DNA of 60,482 nucleotides, the filler included, from Hausera hauseri (lineage: Eukaryota), in the NCBI GenBank assembly GCA_046269625.1. It is 12 parts of 12 records of this genome, joined end to end, with 100 filler letters (N's around TTAATTAATTAA, not from the genome) between each part and the next. Parts side by side here need not be neighbours in the genome. Positions count along the whole stretch, not along the records: positions 9,343 to 13,585 come from JBJURY010679773.1; positions 13,686 to 20,686 come from JBJURY010044665.1; positions 20,787 to 26,437 come from JBJURY010213411.1; 9 more parts are not named here. One strand, 5' to 3'. Both the position numbers and the translations under genes were made by a program. Of this stretch, positions 12,123 through 24,155 are shown piece after piece (positions within the stretch are counted from its first letter, which is position 1; every line of letters begins with the position of its first letter). The notes under the pieces were generated by a model. The model was not told the DNA's origin. It saw nothing but the letters and a program-made list of their open reading frames with translations, and did no database searches.

Positions 12123-12458
12123 ATGCGATTCAAACGTAGTCAGCCGTACTTTATTGCTTTGCTCAAGGTAACTACGAGACGAAAGCGAAACATGCTGCGG
12201 TCATTCACACAATTTGTAGTACACAATTTTATGGAAATTTTATGCAATATCGTTGTGGGTCACATTGACATTGGTAGTGGAAAGCGGAATTTATTAAAGT
12301 ATCGAAAACGACTCATTGGCTTTGCCAACGCCCGTAGTAAACGACTGAAACGAGAGGTCATGTACCAGCAATATGGCGGATTCCTTGGTAAAATTCTACC
12401 GATTGTCACGTCATTACTGGGTGGACTCATTGGTTCTGCAGTAAAGTATAAACAATGA
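12123..12458 (+). CDS. Polinton/adintovirus pX-like (GasderminX-type) virion protein
   Basis: EILCNIVVGHI..LLKYRKRL..KRE..QQYGG^FLGKILPIVTSLLGGLIG: an adenain-like xGG^F site followed by an amphipathic helix. ORF intact. Confidence 0.8.
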   Translation: MRFKRSQPYFIALLKVTTRRKRNMLRSFTQFVVHNFMEILCNIVVGHIDIGSGKRNLLKYRKRLIGFANARSKRLKREVMYQQYGGFLGKILPIVTSLLGGLIGSAVKYKQ

Positions 12459-12557
12459 CGGTAAGTATATAATGATTCGCCGATATGGGTGTATGGTTTT
12501 TATCTTTCTGTCCCATTTTACCGAATCTTTCATTTACGTTTCGTTCTCGTTGTTGTA

Positions 12558-13585
12558 ATGCTAACAAAAGCGCCATCATCGACGACAACGACGGGCTACG
12601 TGTGGTTCGACCTGCGTCATCCTGTCGGGTATACTGGCGTCGATAAACTGGAAAGACTGTCAAACAAACTCGGCAACAGACCCAACGTTGGTTCGGGAAA
12701 TAGTTAGCATGTAGCCTAAACAAACCGATAGGAAGGCGGATTCCAACTCGTGTATACCGTGCTGCCGGTTTAAATAAAGCGTGGCAAATGGACCTGATAA
12801 AAATGATTCCATACGCCAGCATCAAGGATGGGTATCGGTACGTGCTGACATGTATTTATTTGTTTAGTATTTTGCACGTGCAATTGCTGTGAAATCTAAA
12901 TCCGCTAAAGAGATTGCAGACGCTGTTCGGACACTGATACAACAACAACAGCCGAAGCATTTACAAACGGATTTGTGTAAGAAATTCTACAACGCCCACG
13001 TTGCAGCGGTCTTGAAACAGTTCGGCGTAAACTACTACTCGGTGTTTTCTCAAAACAAGGCTGCATCGTTGAAGGATTTAATCGAACATTGCGCGGTCGC
13101 CTAAACAAATTCTTTACGGAGCAAGGCAACAAGCGCATAGTAGATGTACTGCCGGATATTATTCATATATATAATCATTCGATATATCGTGGAATCAACG
13201 GAATGCGCCGAGTTGACATAATCGATGATTTGGACATGTGGCTTTATTAAAATGGAACAAAACGACAGGCAATTAAACGCCCAAAATATAAAATGGGTGC
13301 TTACGTACGTATTTCGAAAATAAGTACGACGCCATTCATTAAGAATTTCAATTAGAACTGAAGCGACGAGGTTTTGCGCATTTGGGCAATCAACACAAAA
13401 CAAACAGCTTTCATGTACGTTTTAGAGAATGATAACGGTGAGGAAATACATGGTAAATTTTACGAATAGGAACTGCAGGTTCTGCCCGAAAAACCCTATG
13501 TATATCGTATTCAGGAAATTCTACGTTCACGTGGCAAAGGTTTGAATAAACAATATCTCGTCAAGTGGCACGGATACACTGCACC
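12558..13585 (+). pseudogene. int: Polinton retroviral-like (rve) integrase with C-terminal chromodomain
   Basis: HPVGYTGVDKL, WQMDL, GYRYVLTCI, LQTD..KFYN, EGFNRTL, YVRISK, GKFYE, IQEILRSRG..YLVKWHGY. Confidence 0.93.
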
Positions 13586-13685
13586 NNNNNNNNNNNNNNN
13601 NNNNNNNNNNNNNNNNNNNNNNNNNNNNNTTAATTAATTAANNNNNNNNNNNNNNNNNNNNNNNNNNNNNNNNNNNNNNNNNNNN

Positions 13686-16600
13686 GATATGCACAGAAAG
13701 TTCCTTACCCTCTTTAGAAATAATGGCATTGTGGGAGTGTAACTGGACGAGTTTGTAAGGCCCCAAATACCGTGGTTGAAAGCCGCACGGCGTTTGATTT
13801 TTTAGCAATACGAATTTTGCCGAAAACAGGTCTTCAGGTAAATATGTTTTGTCTTCGTGGAGTAACCTGCAGAACGAATCTTTACTGATCGTAACAAAGT
13901 GATTTTGCACTGCCCGTATCGTTTCATCTGTAAGAGTGTCGTCTAGGACAGTAAGTTCGAATAATGACCGTACAGGGGCTCCGAATAAGGCTTCAGTAGG
14001 TGAACAGCCGGTAGAAGTAGACGGAGTGTTCCGCCAGCCAAGCAGAACAAATGGAAGAAGATTTGTCCAACTAGTGTTTGACTCGGCAAGTATTCTTAAT
14101 GACGTTTTCAATGTTCGGTGGAAACGTTCTAAAAGGCCATTCGATTGGGAGTGATAAGGCGTAGTATGTATGTGCTGGATCCCCAATCGGTTAACAAGAA
14201 ATTTGAACTGTGGACCCTGGTCCGTGAGGTGACCCAAACCTGCTAATCCATGTACGAATGAAAATGTCAGCTACGGTGTCGGTATTTGTGCTCCGCAGAG
14301 GAATGGCTTCTGGCCATGGCGAAGAACGGTCCATCATGGTGAGAGTGAATTGATGACCGTTGTCCGGAGGAAGAGGGCCGACGATGTCAATATGCACGGA
14401 TTCGAAACGCGATGTGCATGGAAAGTAGAATAGTGTAGCTTCAAATGCTTAGCTGTTTTGTATTTTTGGTAAACCACACACTCCTTAACCCATATTTGCA
14501 CATGGGGACACATTGACGGCCAAACTACTTGTCGGTGGAGTAAACGAAAAGTGGCCTTAGCGCCAAGGTGGTGTAGCGAATGTGCACTGTTAAACACTTG
14601 CCGTTGTAAAGGTGGTGCGAAAATTATTACGGAATGACTTGGTTTGGAGTGTCTAAAGCCACGCCGTCAACATTTATGCAAGACTTAAAAGTATTAAGCA
14701 CGTCCTGAGGTGGCTGGTTCTGTTGAAGTTGTACGTGAGTGAAGACTGGTGAAAAATTAATCGAACCAACCATCCTAGATAAGAAATCGGCAAATAAATT
14801 GTTAACCCCGTTAATATGTTTTATGTCAAAGTTAAATGTCGAGAAATATGATATCTGTTGTTCTTGGCGCGAGGAAGGATGTTTCATACCCATGATGTTT
14901 AGCAAGGGCTTGTGATCGGTCTCTATGGTAAAATGGCGAGCTACAAGTAGGTGGGAGAAATGCTTTAAAACGAGAACGATGGCCAATAATTCCTAATCGA
15001 ACGTTGAGTACCTAGTTTCAGGAGGTGTTAACGTGCGTGAAAAAACTCCAAAAGACGGTTCTTTCCCTTATAGATTTGATGAAATACAGCCCCCATGGCA
15101 GTGATGGAGGCGTCTGCGGTGAGGATCAGCTGTGCATCATGCTTGAGGAAAGCCAATATCTCGACAGCTTTTAAACCTCCCTTTGGCTTTTCGAATTTGT
15201 TTACTGGTCCAGGGGTCAGTTGTATTGGCTGGTGTTTTTCAACCACTGAGGTGAGCAAATTGTGTGGTAAGTTCAGAGCAGTACGGCACATACTTGTGAA
15301 CAAAGTCCAAAGTGCCCCAAAAGCTCCTTATTTCTGTTGTTGTTCAAGGTAGCTTCACGTTTTAGCACTTCAACTCAATCGGGATGAGACGAGTAACCTT
15401 CGGAAGAAATAATGCGACCAAGGTAGTTTATACGCTACTGGAAAAAGTGACATTTGGCAAAATTAATTTGCAGGATATACTGGTGTAAACGTTGAAAGAT
15501 TGATCTGAAATGTTCTTCGTGTTGTTGGGTTGAGGAAGAAACGATTAATATGTCATCAATATAGGAACGAGCATATGGCAAATCAAAAAGAATAGTATCG
15601 ATGTGGCGTTGAAAAGTCTGTGCAGCATTCTGTAGGCCAAAAGGCATGTACAGATATTCGTAAAGGCCAAAAAAGTAGTGACGGCTGTTTTTTCGATATC
15701 CTCAGGTGCCACAGGAATTTTGTGGTAGGCTTTGTATAAATCAATGGTAGAATAAATTGTAGTTGAATGGAGACGGTGTAAGATATCCTTAATGAGTGGC
15801 AACGGGTATGCATTTTTATTGTCAAAGTGTTCAACTGATGATTGTGGTTCCTTGGTTGAATCAGAAAATTTTAATAGTCCCAGCATTATATAATAACGAA
15901 AACGACAAACGTATTAGTCTACTATTTATTTTTTTTTAAATTCTTTTCATTAATCATAAATCGTTATTTCTATACAGATTTAAAACATATCAACGTACAC
16001 ATATATACATATTTATATACAGTTCATATTACAGTTTGAGAATTTCGTAATAATGAGCTTTGAATATTCGATGAATATTTTGGTTTTGGAAGAACGACAA
16101 GAAAACACTTGAGCTAAACTTTTGTTGAGGTGTTGATTAACCTACCTTTGAACTTTGTTTCAATTATCGCTTGTCGTTATATTGTCAGAGGATCTCTCAA
16201 TCTTAAACAGGAATCCACAAATTCGAATCGTTGTAGTCTTGATGAAACACTACGGTACGACGAAGCAAACCGACAAAAGTGCATCAATTCGTCGGCAAAA
16301 CAATTAGCAACAAAAAAACAAAAAATTAAGGTAACACGACACTTGTTGGAATTTGAAAAGTCTGAGCAGCATTCTGTAGGCCAAAATGCATGTACAGTTA
16401 TTCGTAAAGGCCAAAAGGAGTAGTTACGGCTGTTTTTTCGATATCCTCAGGTGCCAAAGGAATTTGGTGGTAGGCTTTGATATATCAGTGGTAGAATAAA
16501 TTATAGGAGAATGGAGGCGGTGTAAGATATCCTTAATGAGTTGCAACGGGTATGCATCCATTATTGTCAAAGTGTTCAACTGACTATAATCACCACATTG

Positions 16601-19060
16601 TCTAAAAGTTCCGTCCTTCTTTTGTACGACATGTAATGGTGACGACAATGGGGTTTTGGAGCGAGGTACAATGCCGAAACGTTTGAGTTCTAGAAATTTG
16701 GCTTCAATTGCCTGTCTACAACAAGGAGATAATGGATGCACTTGTGGGAGGATAGGTCTTTGATGTTGTGTCACAATGTGGTGAAAAGTGATATTTGCTG
16801 GTGTAAAAGACCTGTCTTTTTGAATTCTTCTAGAACAGGATACGTTGATGAATTGCTGCAGACATGCCGGTAATAGTGAATAGTTTGGTGGGAGCGAGGA
16901 GGTTTTATCAGTAACTGTGGTTTTATCAGTAACAGTAGAAATTTGGGCGTTATTTGGTGATCGAAAATCAAGTGGTATTCGATGCAGGATGGTAGTAGTA
17001 AAGATGGTATTGTAGCTGGTAGTTTTATCTAATGATTTGGCAGTGGTAACGGAATCATTTTCATCGCCGTCCAACCCCAATCGTCAGTAATATTGTTCTT
17101 TAGTAATTTATAAAAGAAGGTACCATGATTGTAAGAAAAAGTTTGTTCAACGTTTTTTTAATATCGGCTTTCGAGTTTCATTCACCCGTATAACAGCTGA
17201 AATTGTATCGGCGTGATCAAATCGCTCCTTATTGCAACCACTTTTTAAGCAACGTTGTTTGCAATCGACAGGGAGATTATAGTGCGAAAAAAAGTCGGAT
17301 CCTAAAATGGCTGTTTGGATGTTCGCAATGGTAAACGTCCAGTGAAACATTGAAGGAAATGTCGGAAGGTTAAAAGAAAGCCTGCATGTACCGGAAACGT
17401 GTAGCGGTTGTCCGGAAGCGGAAAATAGAGGTTTAATTTTAGATGAAATGTGTTGAGTTGGAAAGGTTAGCGGCAGTAATGAAATCGCTGCACCTGAATC
17501 GATAAAAAAGTCTATGTGGCGGGTTGTTGGTAACGTAGTTACTACTTTTACGGTAAATACGGCGAAAGAAAGTTTTCGGCTGGTACAAACTGAAGAATGG
17601 CCTTCGACAGGACTCGCCGTAAGCTCTGGCGGGGGCATTAGTTTTTTGGCAGTGGTGAATATGGGCGACTGTTAGAAGGTAAGAGAGAATGTCCTACGTT
17701 CCTATGTTGAGTGTTTCTTCTAAAGGTACAACCATGGATACACTTATGTACATCATTCTTAAACGTTGCGTGGTAGGTGCAAATAAGGTTGTGCTTTATG
17801 AGTGAACCTCTTGTGGTAAAAACAGATCAGCGATCGCTCAGGAGAAGGTGACAGACCTCTGTGTATAGAGCGTGTGTGATCGGAAGCGGAACTCTCTCGT
17901 TGACTCATAGAGAATTTATTTAATCTGTCATTGATATTGATTATTGTATTATGCAGGTCTGCGTTTTCGGCCAGAAACTGTTGCATTTGATATTCAAATG
18001 TGCTGTCGTTTGCTGTAAGCGTTACAGAAATGACAGGTTGCGTGTTGAGATGCAAAATCCCGTACGTTTTGTCTGCAAGTTCGGCTAACTTATCCAGCGC
18101 CGTCGATTCCTCGACGACTGTAAGCAAGGCCCTGATCTAAATCGTTAATGCGTTTAGAAAGTAACGCCGCAACACACCGGAATTATTTTTTGTAACGCCG
18201 AGTTTTTGCAGTTGAGAGAGAGGTTCTGAGAAAATCGGATGGTTTTTGTGTACCCATAGCGTTATCATTGAAGAATCGATGGATGATGGAATCTATGGAC
18301 GGCTCCGTAAGTTTTAAAATTGCATAATAGAGATGAGTGTACGGGTATGATTGTTGAAAGATGTCTAAAATATCGTGAAGAGATGTCTTTACTGTGTTTG
18401 GTAAGAGACAAAGTAAACTATGAGCTTTGGCTGAAGGATCAGTAATGTTGTTAGACTGCAGCCAAAGCTTGTGAAAGTTAAACCAGGTTTTGCTGGACTT
18501 TTCATGGTTAATAACGTATTCCGTGCACTGAAAAGAAGTGTGTTTGGATGGCGGGATGGAAGGTGTATAAGTAATGAAAGTAGATGGCATGGTGACGGTC
18601 GTCGATTTTTAATAAAAAGTGAAAGGTGATGGTTTAGAGTTAGTTTTTTCAGTAGTGTCACTGGTGGACAAAGAATCCATGCCTCCACGAATACGAATGT
18701 GTACGTGAATAATGATACATCGGATTGAAGGAACAGAGAGGTTGCGAAAATTGACATTAATTACAGGTAGGTTGTTGTGAGGTAAAAGTCAAAAAAATTA
18801 GCGATATTTAGTACATAATTGCGCAGATAATGTGCGTCTATAAAATACGTTGTATTGACTGAGAAAATGGCAATGATTTAGAAAGAATAAAACGTAAAGA
18901 GTCGGTGTTAGCCCTAGTGGTTGATGTGGTGACGCAACGGACCATAGCGTAGGATCCACTGACATTGGACAGACGGTCGGGGAGTCGGTCACGCTGTGAT
19001 GTACCAGAAACTCAACAGCTTTGTTGTACGTACTGTGGAGAATTTCCGCCAACGAGTCGG
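13686..19060 (-). mobile_element. Ty3/gypsy retrotransposon, near full length and degenerate (gag 18590-17638; pol to 13686)
   Basis: gag LDKLAELADK and ICFYHKRF; protease FFIDSGAAIS; RT MPFGLQNAAQTFQR and SYIDDIL; RNase H TADAS and ETDHKPL; integrase HIDIVGPLPP and ERFHRTLK. Degenerate tRNA-Trp-like PBS near 18983-18993. Confidence 0.95.
17641..17647 (-). promoter_or_regulatory. gag-pol -1 frameshift slippery site A-AAA-AAC just before the gag TAA
   Basis: Minus strand CCAAAAAACTAA followed by GC-rich CCGCC..GGCG. The heptamer is conserved in the second copy at 21130-21136. Confidence 0.75.
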
Positions 19061-19074
19061 CATAACTTCTAATA

Positions 19075-19810
19075 TTTGAATCATTTTTAGGGGTCTGAAC
19101 AATGTCAAATCTTGTTAGACATATATTTATTCTGCCGTCTTTATGTCATTTTCGCTTAAATCAAGTCTGATGAGCTGTAATGCAGCATCAAGGCGTTCAG
19201 CAATTGCTATACCGCTGTTGCATATTAATTTGCAACATGGCAGACACGGCCTCCGTAATAAACGATTAGTCAGCAAACCTGCACGAAATGAATGGGCAGT
19301 ATCACTAGAAATCAGGTGGTTGTCAGTATTGAGAAACTGTAAACGTTTTATGGCCTTTAGTATGTCGGTCAAAGCTAGAATTCCAGTATAAGGTATGGAG
19401 TTTCACCGGGTACTGAGACTGGTCAAACCATGTTCTAGCCTTTCATATTCGGTTTTATTATGTGGATGTATGGGCTGATCACAAATACCTTCAGCGATAT
19501 GGCCTAACCCGACATTCCATAGGGAATTATGTTTGACATTCAATAACTCCAAATGGCAAATGACATTGAGCAAAGAACCTAATCGGATATCGGTGGACGG
19601 AAACATACGATTAAGTGTCAAAGATAAATCGCTCAAATGAAGATTTAATATCAGGGCTGAAGAACGTATTAGTGGGTTATATGAACAAAAATCTAAAGTA
19701 TCTAAGTAAATGGGCCTTAAATGACAATCGCAACGGAGGGCCATGTTTAAAAGGGGTGATATTGTGTCAACAGCAAACATGTGATGAACAAAAACGTAAG
19801 AGAAAAACAA
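19075..19810 (-). pseudogene. PPP1R37: RNI-type LRR host gene fragment, PPP1R37-like, intron-free and degenerate
   Basis: LELLNVKHNSLWNVGLGHIAEGICDQ..GLTSL..YTGILAL..GLLTNR..CKLIC..IAIAERL..LIRLDLSENDIKTA parallels remembered PPP1R37 sequence (GLAYICEGL...GLISNRS..KLTCEGAVAVAE..LRLDLRENEIKT). Confidence 0.7.
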
Positions 19811-20061
19811 GTAGAAATTGTTAATAAAAGAAATTTAAAAAAATGTTTGCCAGACGAATAGTACACAGTGATAAATCTCACCCCATCGTGCACTAGTTTA
19901 TTCACGGTCGGCAGTACAGTTTTGCACTGTGGAACAGCAAATCGACTTTCTCACGTCGTGTCATCCTACCAGCGACCTGCGTACTCAACGGCTCTTTGAA
20001 CAAACCCACCAGTTTGTTGTGTCGTCTGGTTTTTATCCAATATTTTCTGCTTGGCTCCTTT

Positions 20062-20420
20062 TTACAGACGTGTGTAATCGATATTTTTACTCGCTTCACT
20101 CTGCAGTCTATTACGGATAACCTCACCAGTCGACAGCAGCTGTTGTTGCTGTTGCAGCTGCTGTTTCATCAGCGATGATGCCATAGGCCCTTTATTACAG
20201 AGTTTGATGGCGATTAAATGATTCGACGATTCCGCATGGTGACTGAGTCGATTCTTAAACGACGGGCACCTATCAGATGGATCAAACTCCATATAGCCCT
20301 TTGTAAAAGGAGTCTCCAGTAACATTTTCGAACCGATTTTCCGGCTTTTACACAAATAGTACAGGTATAATGAGTCTTATCTTTGCAGCGAAACCACGGA
20401 TACAACTGCATAATGGCCGA
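20062..20420 (-). pseudogene. Possible TTF-type zinc finger (hAT transposase/ZMYM-like N-terminus)
   Basis: LYPWF..YTCTIC..FTKGY..LSHHAESSNH read across a frameshift. Confidence 0.35.
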
Positions 20421-20786
20421 ATAAATCTTCAGTGGCATGAAAACCGAAATGGCGAAAACATATAGCGGATACGGCTCCTCACTACTTTCGATCTTCGTAT
20501 CCCCATAAGGTAATTGCCTACTGGAAGTCCCTAGTTTCTGTCTATAATTTGGTTTGGCCGGCAGGCATAAGCAACTCCCCTCCCGCCCGAATGATTTTAA
20601 TACTGTCCCGACGAGCCATTCGTCCTCGTGCCCGATCATGAGGCACTGATCGCCAATTTGTGTCATCCGCCAATTCTGGACATGTCNNNNNNNNNNNNNN
20701 NNNNNNNNNNNNNNNNNNNNNNNNNNNNNNTTAATTAATTAANNNNNNNNNNNNNNNNNNNNNNNNNNNNNNNNNNNNNNNNNNNN

Positions 20787-22545
20787 GAAAGAAAGTCGGA
20801 TCCTAAAATGGCTGTCTGGACCTTTGCAACGGTAAACGTCCAGTGGAACATTTGACTAAATTTCGGAATGGGAAAAGAAAGACTACATGTACCGGAAACA
20901 TGTAAAGGTTATCCGGAAACTGTAAATAGAGGTTTATTTTTGGATGAAGTGTGTTGAGTTGGAAAGGTGAGCGGCAGTAAAAAGTCGCTTCACCTGAATC
21001 GATAAGGAAGTCTANNNNNNNNNNTAGTTACTGATTTTATTGTAAATACGGCGAAAGAGAATTTTCTTCTGGTAGAAACTAGAGAATGGCCTTCGCCAGG
21101 TCTCGCCGTAAGCTGTGGCGGCGGAATTAGTTTTTTGCCAGTGGTGAACTTGGGCGGCTATTAGAAGTCGAGATAGTACGTCTGACGTTCGTATGCTGTG
21201 TGCTGCTTCTAAAGGTGCAACCAGGAATACACTTATGTACATCATTCTTAAATTATGCGTGGTAGATGCAAATAGCTTTATTAATCTGATACTTTCGGGT
21301 GTAAAAGCGACACCTAAGATGAAATTTTTGCGCTTTATAAGCAAACCTATCATGGTAACAGCAGATCGGCTATCGCACAGGAGAAGGTGACAGACCTCTG
21401 GGTACAGAGCGTCTGTGATCGGAGACGTAACCCTTTCGTTGAGTCATAGAGATTTCATTTAATCTATCGTTTATATTGTTTATTGTATTGTGTAGACAGA
21501 ATTTTTGGTTCGCAACTGTTGTATTTGATATTCTAATGTATTGTCGTTTGTTGGTAGAGCCGCAGAAATGATAGGTTGTGTGTTTAAATGTAAAATCTCG
21601 TACGTTTTCTCTGCAGGTTCGGCTAACTTATCTAGCGCCGTCAATTCCTTGACGACGGTAAGCAGGGCCCTGATCTGAATCGGTAATGTGTTTAGAAAGT
21701 AACGTCGTAAGAGATCGGAATTATTTATTTTTGTAACCCCGAGTGTTTGCAGTTGAGCGAGAGAGATTCTGAAAAAATCGGATGGTTTTTGTGTACCCCT
21801 AGCGTTATCATTGAAGAATCTATGGATTATGGAATCCATAGATGGTTCCGTGAGTTTCAAAACTGCATTATAGAGATTGGTGCACGTGTCGGATTGTTGA
21901 AATATGTCTAAAATATCGTGAAGAGAAGTTTTTACTGTGTTTGGTAAGAGGCAAAGTAGGCTATGAGCTTTGGCTGACGGATCAATAATGCTGTTAGACT
22001 GCAGCCAAAGTTTATGAAAGTTAAGCCATGTTTTGCTTAAAATAAAATAAAGTATTCTGTGCACTGAGAAAAAGTGTGTTTGGCTGGCGTGATGAAAGGT
22101 GTATAAGTGGTAAAATTAGGTGGTGTGGTGACTGTCGTTGATTTTTGGAGAAAAGTCAAGGGTGATGGTTTAGAGTTAGTTTTATCAGTGGTTTCAATAA
22201 TGGGTGATGAATCCGTGCAACGACAGATACGATTGTGTACTTGAATAATAACATATTGGATTGGAGGAACAAAAAGGTTGCGAAAATTGAAGTTAATTAC
22301 AGGTAGGTTGTTGCAAGTGAGGTAAAAGTCAGAGATATTGGCGAAGTGTAGTACATAATTGTGGAAGTAGGGTGCGTCTATAAAAGACGTTGTTCTGTGT
22401 CCGAATAGTTGGTATTTATGGAGAAAAACAAGACGGAGAGTGTTGGTGTAGGCCCTAGTGGGATATGTGGTGACATAAAGGCCGTTGCGTAGGACCCACT
22501 GACATAAGACATACGGCCGGGTAGTCGGTCACACTGTTATGTATC
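20787..22545 (-). mobile_element. gag: Second copy of the same gypsy family: 5' UTR, gag and protease
   Basis: Collinear DNA similarity to 17285-19000. Gag ORF 21480-22064 is nearly identical in protein to 18183-18590 plus 17759-18127. Confidence 0.93.
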
Positions 22546-23049
22546 TGAAGATCCGGGGTGACAGGATCCCCTCCGGTGGGTCCGGTCATAGATGTATATC
22601 GTTTCGATAGTACAATCGTATTGCCATGGGGAAAAGCAATGAACTGGAAAGTATCAGTAGAAACTTTTTCAGTCAGTGGCATTGTCGAAATAACGAGTTT
22701 TGACAAATAAGGTAGATGTCGTTGACACATGAATGTCGAAAATTCCATGAGACAAATGAAAGAAATCTTCAACAATGATTCCAAGTGACAAGATTTCATC
22801 AGATAGTAAGTCAAAAAAATATAGCAACAGCAGGAAATAAAATTTATCTGTAAAAGGTATGATAAAAAACAACTGCCGACAAATCCGTACACAACAACCA
22901 TTCTTACCTCATCGTGCACCCGTTGCGCAAACGAGTATAGGGTACAAGTGTACATAAAAACCATAGATGGCCCAAGTGATATCTGGCATGCAACATCGCC
23001 AAAGCGGAACTAATTGACCCATAGACTGAAAACGTCGAGTACCATTTGT

Positions 23050-23530
23050 ATCACGTGTAATGTAAACAGCAACTCACCATTTGCCACACTGGTGTCGTTG
23101 ACGCAGAGTTACCACCGGCCAGAATCTGGGTTGCAGAAAAGATCTGGCACAATCTACCTAAATCGTGCTAACGCAGTCATGAAACGCATATTGCGAATGA
23201 CTGAGACGATCGTGATCACATTCTTCGTATCTATCCGTTCAATGCTGTCTTTTGGATCTGCAAAACCACTATTGTCCAACGATGGCATTCGAAGAAACGG
23301 TCGAATTTTCGATAAAACAACATCTTCACCATGCCGAATTGGAAGTACGTCGAATTCGTCGGCACTGCAAAGTTCTAAAAACCGTAATATTTTTGAATTG
23401 GCCTGCAGTGAATTGCTGAACATTTCGATTGTAGCAAAAGTAATGTAATAAAATGCAGCGATCATTCCCAAATTGGTCGGCGTTACATCAGTATCGTGCT
23501 ACTGAACGATGTTGAACGCACTTTCATTGG
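23050..23530 (-). pseudogene. SNRNP200: SNRNP200/Brr2 second Sec63 domain fragment
   Basis: DVTPTNLGMIAAFYYITFATIEMFSNSL..EFDVLPIRHGED..FADP versus remembered Brr2 [40 protein letters not shown]..FNDP. Confidence 0.85.
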
Positions 23531-24155
23531 CATTTTCTTCATTGTTATAAGCCGTGTTTTCTGTAGTTTCAAAGTATGAAATAAGCTTCGGTATCACGAT
23601 ATTCCAAATAGGAGGCAAATTCTTGTGGAGACTATAAACAAGCACTTTCATGGCCTTGATTATACTCAACCCTCTGTAGTTGTTTAATAAGGGAACCCCA
23701 GCAAGAACCAGCTGAGTGTGTTGACCTTAGTAATGTTATAGTTGAAGTCTATAAGGTAATCTACGTCATCGTATACATCGTTAGATTCTGGCACGTTATC
23801 ATCAGCATTGATACTTCCATCGATATCATTGGTACTAACTGTTGAAAATAAAGTATGTACAGAGTTGAAAATGACACCAGCAGCATCAATATAATTAGTT
23901 TGAGTCACCAAATCAAGACGATATGGCCAAAGTACAGGTCTTCGTGGTTTTATAGTACTGCTGCCCAGTTGAAAAACGTTTTCACTAAAGCTTCTCAACT
24001 GTCCAGATGAAAGCTGCTGAGCAGATGAGTCTAGCAGACCAAGTTTCATAATCTGCGACACAGATACGATTTGTGAAGGAAGTGCACAATTATGAAATAT
24101 AAATTCAATAAATTTTGTCCCACCAACTTCCTAAAAATGATCCTGACCGCTTATT
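23530..24155 (-). pseudogene. MROH1: MROH1-like (maestro HEAT repeat) N-half fragment
   Basis: GGTKFIEFIFHNCALP..VLWPY..RGLSIIKAMKVL..LHKNL..IWNIVIPKLISYF versus MROH1 GGEAMIEYIVQQCALP..VLWPYLL..WETTVPLLLGYL. Confidence 0.75.

Noticed and set aside
729-13585. Alternative genetic code explaining the in-frame stops
   Set aside because: All three stop codons occur along with many frameshifts, and lesions differ between paralogous copies. This is ordinary pseudogenisation.
19860-19900. Helitron 3' end (..CACTAG-T) explaining the gene capture
   Set aside because: There is no convincing GC-rich subterminal hairpin and no Rep/helicase sequence in the window.
22600-23050. Another recognisable host fragment (+ strand HSYLIVHPLRKRV)
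   Set aside because: Too short and too disrupted to assign without a search.
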